Position numbers and translations under genes: made by a program
Notes under the pieces: generated by a model
What the model saw: the letters and a program-made list of their open reading frames with translations, nothing else
Told to the model about the DNA's origin: nothing
Databases searched by the model: none
Origin: an uncultured Hormoscilla sp.
GTDB taxonomy: Bacteria; Cyanobacteriota; Cyanobacteriia; Cyanobacteriales; Desertifilaceae
Direction of reading: 5' to 3'
Assembly (NCBI GenBank): GCA_963921275.4
Contig: OZ001293.3
Coordinates: 2,816,001-2,880,000, forward strand
DNA: 64,000 bases
Shown here: piece by piece, positions 56,305 through 64,000 of the stretch
Layout: the number at the start of each line of letters is the position of its first letter
How positions within the stretch are numbered: position 1 is the first letter of the stretch

Positions 56305-57233
56305 TTAGTCATAGGCAAAACCTTCCTTACCTTCCATAATTTCTACATCGTATGCGTCAAGTTGAGCGATTAATCTTTTTTTAAAGTTATTATAGCTCTG
56401 TCGGGAGCGATCGTACCACCAAGAGTACTTTTGCTTGAGGGCGGCTACTTCTTGTGGAGTACTGGCTATCAGAGAACCGCGATAGGTAGGGTGAAATTCC
56501 TGAATCACCACCCGGTCTACAACCTCCAGTTTATTAATGAAACAAGACTCGTCCGCTGGTAAGGTGGGCAATAATGGCGTGATGGTAACAGAGAATTTGA
56601 TTTCATGACCCTGCTTATAAAGAATATTATAGCGGAGATTGCTGATGGCTTTGAGTCGGGCCGTGATGCTGGGCGATCGGCCTTCAAAATCCTGCTTCAC
56701 CTCTTCGCTGCCAGTGGAATACTCATATTAATTCGCAGTCGCTGAAACTGACAGAGAAGATCGATATCTCTGGTAATGAGGGGACTGCGAGTTTGGATGA
56801 CCAGTGTAGGTTGATAGGCCACCATTACTTCTAGCAACTGGCGAGTCAGTTTTTCTCGGCTTTCAATGGGTTGATAGGGGTCGGTGACCGTACTCATGTA
56901 AATGCTAGGGGGGCGATCGGCCCGCAGACGGTCTGAAAAATCGGGATTTTTCTTTTTTCAGCGGTTCTTGTTTCAGCGATCGAGTTCCTTCTTTAAGAGT
57001 TCAACAGCATTTTGCTTAACAATCACCTAATTACCCCAATCTTGCTGCATTTGAGGGTTGCGGCCTTCAGCCGCAGCATAGCAATAGCTACAGCCATATT
57101 GGCAACCCCGGTAAGGATTGAGGGTAAAATCGTAAGCCTTGATGAATCCTGTGGGTTTATTGAGTAGTGTTGTCGAATTACAGATAGAGACCTTAGCGTT
57201 ACCAAACGCTTGAGACTGTTGTGAATGAACCAT
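56305..57233 (-). pseudogene. Radical SAM protein (SplB/Rv2578c-like), frameshifted
   Basis: LNPYRGCQYGCSYCYA, MSTVTDPYQPIE, QTRSPLITRDIDLL, ITPLLP. Confidence 0.8.
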
Positions 57234-57302
57234 AGGTTTGTTAGGTTTGTTAGGTTTGTAGTAAGGACTAAAGTCCTTACCTGACGATCGGCCAAGATGA
57301 TA

Positions 57303-58826
57303 TTAAAGTGAGTAGAGTTCCCCGTATTTCTGCTGGATGTAGCTGATAAAGGGGGAGATGGTCACGTCGCTGCCGGTGACGCAGTTAATTAATTCAGTTG
57401 GGGTCCATTTGCAACCATGTTGGTAGATGTGCTCTTTTAACCAATTATGCAGCATTCTGTAGTCACCATTGTTAATTTTTGCGGAAATTTCTGGTTGTGC
57501 TTTGAGTGCGGCTTGATAAAACTGGGCGCTCATGAGGTTGCCGAGGGTGTATCCTTGGAATAAGCCCCCGATCGTGTCACCGTACCAATGGACATCTTGC
57601 ATCACTCCTTCGCTGTCAGAGTCAGGAACGATGCCGAGGTCGGACCTGTAACGTTCATTCCAGGCTTCGGGAAGGTCGCGCACTGCTAAAGTGCCTTCTA
57701 GTAACTGTAATTCTAGATCGAAGCGAATCATTACATGGAGGTTGTAGGTGACTTCGTCGGCGTCGGTGCGGATAAGCGATCGCTCCACTTTATTAATGGC
57801 CCGATAGAATGTCTCCAGAGAAACATTTCCTAATTGACTGGGGAAAAATGCTTGCAGTTGGGGATAGAAGTGGGTCCAGAACTGACGACTGCGTCCCACC
57901 AGATTTTCCCACAGTCGCGACTGACTTTCATGGACGCCAGTGGAAGCGCCATTAGCGAGGGGCGTAGCTTCAAAGGCGGGGTGGATACCTTGTCCGTACA
58001 AAGCATGACCCATTTCGTGAATAGTGCTGAAGAATGCTTCCGCCAAATCATTTTCGTTGACGCGGAGGGTGATGCGCACGTCCCCAAGACCGAAAAAGGT
58101 GGTAAAAGGATGAGGGGTTTTGTCTAGACGCCCCCGCCCGAAGTCATAGCCCAATTTTTCTATTACCTGATGGCAAAAGGCTAGCTGCTGGGTTTCGGGG
58201 AAATGTTGGTGCAAGCAAGCGTCGTCAGCAAATGGTTGGGAAGTGATTTTTTCCACGATCGGGACTAGCTGCTGGCGCAACTCGGCAAATAGCGATCGCA
58301 CTGTTGCTGCTTTCATACCATAATCCGCCCGATCGATCAGCGGGTCGGCGATATGATCATAACCACCGAAGAAGTTAGCATATTCGCGGCTAAATTCCAG
58401 GGTTTTTTCCAGGTAAGGCTGTACGGCGGCAAAGTTATTTTCCGGTCGTGCTTTCGCCCAAGCATTGTAGGAGGCGGCGCCATGGCTGGAGAATTTGGCC
58501 ATGAAGTCGGAGGGGACTCGCACCGCTTGATCGTAGTTGCGGCGGGTGATCCGGATCAAGCCAGCTTCAGCAGTTTCGTAGGGGAGGCTTTCTTCATAGG
58601 GGCGCAAGTTTTCTAGGAGTTGATCGATCGCTTCTGAGGTAAACTTTTCGTGAGCAATTTGGTGGAGGGTGGCCATTTGGCGTCCTCGTGCGGCTGCGCC
58701 TCCTGGGGGCATATAAGTAGCCTGGTCCCAGTCTAGCACGGACGCTGCGGCATTGATATCATGGATTTCGGTAAGGCGAGATTTCAGGTCTGCCAATTTC
58801 GGTTCAGTTTTAGCCAGAGTTTGCAT
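57303..58826 (-). CDS. Carboxypeptidase, M32 family
   Basis: WDQATYMP, HPF, HEMGH, HESQS, IRTDADE, QDVHW. Confidence 0.93.
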   Translation of the reverse strand: MQTLAKTEPKLADLKSRLTEIHDINAAASVLDWDQATYMPPGGAAARGRQMATLHQIAHEKFTSEAIDQLLENLRPYEESLPYETAEAGLIRITRRNYDQAVRVPSDFMAKFSSHGAASYNAWAKARPENNFAAVQPYLEKTLEFSREYANFFGGYDHIADPLIDRADYGMKAATVRSLFAELRQQLVPIVEKITSQPFADDACLHQHFPETQQLAFCHQVIEKLGYDFGRGRLDKTPHPFTTFFGLGDVRITLRVNENDLAEAFFSTIHEMGHALYGQGIHPAFEATPLANGASTGVHESQSRLWENLVGRSRQFWTHFYPQLQAFFPSQLGNVSLETFYRAINKVERSLIRTDADEVTYNLHVMIRFDLELQLLEGTLAVRDLPEAWNERYRSDLGIVPDSDSEGVMQDVHWYGDTIGGLFQGYTLGNLMSAQFYQAALKAQPEISAKINNGDYRMLHNWLKEHIYQHGCKWTPTELINCVTGSDVTISPFISYIQQKYGELYSL

Positions 58827-59079
58827 TTTGGTTTTAAGTTCGACAATCTTTATTATAGCAGTTACCGGAGATTAGGGATGACGCAAGAACTGATTTATTT
58901 AAAGAATTTCATCATGGCCGGACGCTACTGTATAAGCTTTTTTTGAGAATTCTGGAAATGCAACCGACCGCTTCTACTGCTATGCTAAATATATTAGCGC
59001 AGACCATTGAGCAAAAGCAAGCGGTCCGTGATGCTGCCTGTACAAGTGTTGAAGAAGTAAAAAGGAGTTGGAACCTACC

Positions 59080-59274
59080 ATGAATGTGGAACAAAAAATC
59101 CCTGATGCAGAGACGAGAAGACGAAATGTTGAGCGGTTACGGGAAAGCAACCGACAGTTGGATCTTTTCGGTCTGGCACTGGATGAATTGATTGCGATGG
59201 CAGAAGTGGAACTCTGTCGCCAACGTCGTCAACGTATGGAACGCAAGTACAATGGTGCAAAACAAGAGGAATAA
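59080..59274 (+). CDS. Small hypothetical protein
   Basis: 64 aa with AAGGAG upstream; preceded by a DUF29-like 5' remnant at 58878. Confidence 0.45.
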   Translation: MNVEQKIPDAETRRRNVERLRESNRQLDLFGLALDELIAMAEVELCRQRRQRMERKYNGAKQEE

Positions 59275-59393
59275 AGTGGTGTTGTCAGAAGGCGATCGCC
59301 CACTAAAAAGGCGATCGGCCTGTAGTCAAAACGGTTTTTGTGTTATCATCAGATAGAGGCCGATCGGCCATTAGCAAAAGAAGCAGTAGATTT

Positions 59394-59720
59394 ATGGAAT
59401 CAGTAATTAAGGAACATATCGAAATCACGCCGGGAGTGTGCGGGGGTAAGCCCCGCATTGCCGGACATCGAATTCGCGTGGAAGATATTGTGATCTGGCA
59501 CGAACGGATGGGTCTTTGCCCTGACGAGATCGTGTATCAATACCCAACCATTAATCTAGCTGATGTGTATGCAGCTTTAGCGTATTATCACGACCATATG
59601 GATGAGATTCTGCAACAGATAGAAGAGGAAAAAGCTTTTGCAAATTCAATGAAAGAGAAAACTCCAATTCCTTCTCTAGTTCAACAAAAGTTAAAGGTTC
59701 TCAATGGCAAGAACGATTAG
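59394..59720 (+). CDS. DUF433 antitoxin-like protein
   Basis: IEITPGVCGGKPRIAGHRIRVEDI...LADVYAALAYY. Confidence 0.88.
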   Translation: MESVIKEHIEITPGVCGGKPRIAGHRIRVEDIVIWHERMGLCPDEIVYQYPTINLADVYAALAYYHDHMDEILQQIEEEKAFANSMKEKTPIPSLVQQKLKVLNGKND

Positions 59721-60039
59721 ATTCCACTTGGATTAAAATGTCAACAATTTTGTCGCTGATGGCTTGCGACGGCGCGGAGTTGATGTTACAACAACCCCAG
59801 AAGCTGGACTAATTGGTGCCTCATCTGAGGTGCAACTTGCGTTTGCATTCTCTCAAAATAGAGTAATTTTTACTCAGGATAATGACTTTATGCGCCTGCA
59901 TTATGCGGGAGTAAACCATGCTGGCATTGCTTACTGTATCAAGGAAAGTCGAACGATTGGAAAAATTATTCGAGGATTATCTATAATTTGGGAGGTGCTC
60001 GAACCCGAAGAAATGCTGGGACGGGTTGAATACCTGTAA
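59704..60039 (+). pseudogene. DUF5615 PIN-like toxin with a nonsense codon
   Basis: MARTIRFHLD*NV (TAA at 59734 where DE is expected), RVIFTQDNDF, HAGI. Confidence 0.8.
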
Positions 60040-60324
60040 TTGGCATAGGCGATCGCCCACGAAAAAGGCGATCGGGGGTCAACACTGCCGTTAGTTTGGA
60101 AGCCCCCCTCGCTCCGGACAGGTTGTTAACCGAGAAGTATTGTGACCACACCCGTTTCTCCAACCTTTGCCTGGTGGTAACTCTTGCGCAATAGTTTCTC
60201 CAACCAAGGCCGGGTTGGCCTGGTGGTAACTCTTGCGTAATAGTTTCCCTAACCTTGTGGGCGGGCGATCGGAATTATCGCTCTCCGCGCATACTTTTCT
60301 TTCGCTAACCGGTTTTAACCACTA

Positions 60325-60537
60325 GGAGGACGAGAAACCTAAGCAGATCCCTCTTCTCCCAGGGTAGGGAGGACGAGAAACCTGAGCAGATCCCTCTTCT
60401 CCCAGGGTAGGGAGGACGAGAAACCTGAGCAGATCCCTCTCCTCCTAGGGTAGGCTGAAGATAAACCTGAGCAGATCCCTCTCCTCCCAGGGTAGGCTGA
60501 AGATAAACCTGGGCAGATTCCTCTCCTCCCAGGGTAG
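60325..60537. repeat. Tandem array of five 42-43-bp units
   Basis: Core AAACCTGAGCAGATCCCTCTYCTCCCAGGGTAG with linkers GGAGGACGAG (x3) and GCTGAAGAT (x2). Confidence 0.85.
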
Positions 60538-60684
60538 TGAGGACAATGCGGGGATAGGAAATTCTCAATTTGCCATTCTCAATTTGCCATTCTCAATTCC
60601 TCAATGTCTAGCGTCGGAACCGAGGCTAACGCCTGCTAGAAGAGTACAAGCAAAAGCAGGCGGCTTGCAAGACATCCGTATAAT

Positions 60685-61032
60685 TTACATAGGCTGGCTC
60701 TCGAGGGCGGTATGCTTTAGAAGCCTGCCTTGCAACTCACTCATATATAAAACCTCGTACTCATTGACAAGTTCTGCTTGCAGTTGCTGCCACAAACTAA
60801 TCCCCTCTTGCTCAAAAGCTAGACGTTCCTCTTCACTAGCGAAATCGGACGATCGGGGGTCATCCCAATTCATAATCCTATCATAAATATTTTGCCACTG
60901 GATTAACCGTTCGATAGTTGCAGCACTCAAAGGTAACTCAGCGGGATGAGGATTATCAATTAAATCATTATCTTCATATTCCCACAGGGGATAGCAGTCG
61001 TACTCAGCCATCAATTTAATCTGTTTAACCAT
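60685..61032 (-). CDS. Hypothetical protein
   Basis: IKLMAEYDCYPLW...LPLS...W...F..EG..LW.QLQ.EL pattern; start MVKQ. Confidence 0.6.
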   Translation of the reverse strand: MVKQIKLMAEYDCYPLWEYEDNDLIDNPHPAELPLSAATIERLIQWQNIYDRIMNWDDPRSSDFASEEERLAFEQEGISLWQQLQAELVNEYEVLYMSELQGRLLKHTALESQPM

Positions 61033-61379
61033 CACTATCTCGGCAATTAGGGTGTCTCTATCCAATTATTATCCCTTTGGACTAATATCTCACTCCCGTA
61101 ATCATCCGCCGTAGCTATTTGTTCGGTTTCGTACTCTTGCACGGCAAATCTATTGTAACATCTCTGGCAGTGTAAATCTTACACCCGAGGCAGAGCCTCT
61201 AGAGTCCGTTCCCTGCCAGAGTCAGGGAACAAGATAAACTAACATCTTACACCGAATCTTACACCGGAGGCGGAGCCTCATTCGCCCGTTCCCTGCCAGA
61301 GTCAGGGAACGGGCGAATTGCGCGATCCGAAGTGCGCGACGCCGGAAATTCTCAATTTGCCATTCTCAATTTGCCATTC

Positions 61380-62516
61380 TCAATTCTCAATTTGCCATTT
61401 GCCATCAAGAAATGCCTGAAAGCGCTTATTCTTGCGCAGTCTTTCTAAATCTGGGTCTGTTTTTGCTGCTGGCAAATATTTCCCAGAATTCCGCTTGATT
61501 ACCTCTGATATATGCTCCACTGCCAATTTAATCTTCCCCATGAAAGCATAGCAGTAACCCGTGTTGTAAATCCCATTCACGTGATCGGGTTTTATTTCCA
61601 AAGCCTTCTGAACGCTTGCTAAAGCATCTTTATACTTCCCCAGCTTCGTCAAGGCATAACCGCGATTGTCCCAGGCTTCGTAATTATTTGGATCGCATTC
61701 GATCGCCTTATCGTAACTAGCGATCGCCTCTTTTACCCGATTCATTTTCCGCAGGGCCAAGCCTCTATTATTCCAAGCGTGAGTTTCTTGGGGATTTATT
61801 TCGATTGCACGATTATAACAATCTAGTTCTTCTTGATGCTGTTCCAGCTTAGAAAACACTATCCCCTTGTTAATCAAGCTTGACAGGTGCTGGGGGTTAA
61901 TTTCTAGAGCCTTGTAAAAAGTCGCGATCGCCTCTTCGTTGTTGTCCATTGCCATCAAGCAGCAGCCGTAATTAAACCACAATTCCGGGTCATTCTGATT
62001 AATCTTCAATGCTTTTTTATAACTTTTCACGGCCGGCTGGAAATTGCCTAAATTCACGAAAGCATTGCCCCTGTTCCCCCAGGCTTTGTAGTCCTCGGGG
62101 TTAATTGTTCCCGCTTGGTAATAACTCTCTATCGCCTCTTTATTCCGCCCCAACATGACTTCGCAATTCCCTTTTTCCGCCCACGCTTCGTAGGACTTAT
62201 CCTTAATTTTTATTGCTCTTTCAAAGCTGAAAAGCGCCTTTTCCACCTTTCCCCAATCCCGCAGGACAATACCTCTGTTAAACCAGATCCTCTCGTCATC
62301 TGGATTAAACTCCAGCGCCCGATCGAAGCTATCAAGAGATTCCGAGTAACGCTGTAAATGTCCCAGGGCCAAAGCCCGACAAGCCCAGACATCAGGAACA
62401 AAGGGCCAGTCCTTGACCAGACTATCAAAATGGGCATACGCTGCTTCAAATTATCCCGATCTTAAACAACGTAATCCTTCTTTGTAACTTAGATCGGCTT
62501 CAAAAGGATTTGGCAT
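61380..62516 (-). pseudogene. TPR protein with an early in-frame stop
   Basis: MPNPF...RSG*FEAAY (TAA at 62451) in frame with ORF 61380-62372; C-terminal AKTDPDL. Confidence 0.7.
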
Positions 62517-62592
62517 TTTTTTATTTCCAATTACGATTTATTCAGGTTCAACAGACAGTAAACTCTTAAACATCTTTCGCTTTTTGGTGAAA

Positions 62593-62705
62593 GGCGTTGC
62601 ACAATTACGGGATAATGAGCATAGTTGCAGAAGTCTTAAACCTAAACTACAAGCCAGTTTCAGTTATGTGCAAAAAAGGGCATCATCCCCAAAATGTGCA
62701 ACGCC
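62593..62705. mobile_element. 113-bp MITE, family A, copy 3
   Basis: Same TIR; 8-bp TSD TGGTGAAA. Confidence 0.9.
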
Positions 62706-62713
62706 TGGTGAAA

Positions 62714-63741
62714 TTATTCTCGGTCAATTACCTGTTGCAAGTAGGCCAGCGACTGCTGAATCGCAATACCCCGGACCCACCAGGCTTCGTGGTCATCTGG
62801 TTTGATTTCTATCGCTTTGTCATAGGATGCGAGCGCCTCTTCATACCTTGACAACCCATACAGCGCAATGCCCCGGTTATACCAGGCATCGTAGTTATCT
62901 GGTTTGATTTCTACCGCTTTGTCATAGGATGCGATCGCCTCTTCATACCTTGACAACCCATACAGCGCAATGCCTCGGTTATACCAGGCATCGTAGTTAT
63001 CTGGTTTGATTTCTACCGCTTTGTCATAAGATGCGATCGCCTCTTCATACCTTGACAAGTCCTTCAGCGCACAGCCCCGGTTGTTCCAGGCTTCGTCGTA
63101 ATCTGGTTGATTTCTATCGCTTTGTCATAGGATGCGAGCGCCTCATCATACCTTGACAACTCATCCAGCGCAATGCCCCGGCTGTACCAGGCTTTGTGGT
63201 AATCTGGATTGATTTCTATCTCTTTGTCATAGGATGCGAGCGCCTCATCATACCTTGACAAATTCCTCAGCGCAATGCCCCGCATGTACCAGGCTTTGTG
63301 GTAATCTGGTTTGATTTCTATCGCTTTGTCAAAGGATGCGATCCCCTCTTCATACCTTGACAAGTCCTTCAGCGCACAGCCCCGGTTGTTCCAGGCTGAG
63401 CAGTCATCTGGTTTGATTTCTATAGCTTTGTCATAGGATGCGAGCGCCTCATCATACCTTAACAACTCCTCCAGCGCAATGCCACGGCCGTTCCAGGCGA
63501 AGTGGAAATCTGGTTTGATTTCTATAGCTTTGTCATAGGATGCGAGCGCCTCATCATACCTTGACAACTCACACAGCGCATTGCCCCGGTTGTTCCAAGC
63601 TGAGCAGTCATCTGGTTTGATTTCTATCGCTTTGTCAAAGGATGCGAGCGCCTCATCATACCTTGACAACTCACACAGCGCATAGCCCCGTTGGCAAAAG
63701 TCAAAAGCAATGTCATCCAGTAATTCTGAGTCACCAGCCAT
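62714..63741 (-). pseudogene. TPR-array gene of the same repeat family as 50541-54699, frameshifted near 63107
   Basis: 102-bp units; one T missing in ATCTGGTTTGATT. Confidence 0.8.
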
Positions 63742-64000
63742 AAATCAACAATCCCCTAAGTTTGTGCAGTCTCGATATCATCATAGCACATGCAGTCAAA
63801 ATGTCAAGCCCTCTATTTTATCGAGTTCCCGGTTACCATCCTGACGTTACCCAGCATAACACATCTGCCAAGCCGTTGAGTGGTGTGCAGCGCCACCCAA
63901 CCTACGACAGTATGTTACCCAGCATCTACCAGTCGGTCCGTAACCCCGGTCGCGCTATATCGTACCATACCCAACTGCCCAAACTGGGGAAATGCCACTG

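Noticed and set aside
60325..60537. Possible CRISPR array
   Set aside because: Linkers are only 9-10 bp and repeat themselves; no unique spacers and no cas genes.
62584..62851. Short ORFs similar to segments of ORFs at 24450 and 24748
   Set aside because: The similarity comes from the shared 113-bp MITE, not a protein family.

Overview
This window is cyanobacterial chromosome: it has abundant HIP1 octamers (GCGATCGC), the carboxysome shell gene ccmP, a photosystem II S4-domain gene and heptamer STRR repeats. It shows strong genome erosion. Intact housekeeping genes (ccmP, mrdA, GH57, nfuA-type, TRAP binding protein, prmA, serA, M32 carboxypeptidase, tRNA-Phe) are mixed with many pseudogenes, deletion-fusion junctions, an intact IS982, an IS1 remnant, a group II intron 3' remnant and at least four MITE families, some with clear target-site duplications. 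Two observations stand out. (1) A tRNA-Asn(GTT) gene at 41981-42318 (minus strand) is split inside the anticodon (35/36) by a 266-nt group I intron with intact P/Q/R/S elements and an internal guide sequence matching both exons; the classic cyanobacterial tRNA introns are in tRNA-Leu(UAA) and tRNA-fMet. (2) An intact, tightly coupled three-gene operon at 10097-13398 encodes a HEPN-like protein, a KGGVGR-type ParA/MinD ATPase and a STAND-like P-loop ATPase, a candidate uncharacterised defence/conflict system. Also notable are an SF2 helicase + small protein + SMC/DndD-like ATPase module, an LRR-antitoxin chimera coupled to a PIN toxin, and very large TPR arrays. All family assignments come from motif recognition by eye; no database searches were run.
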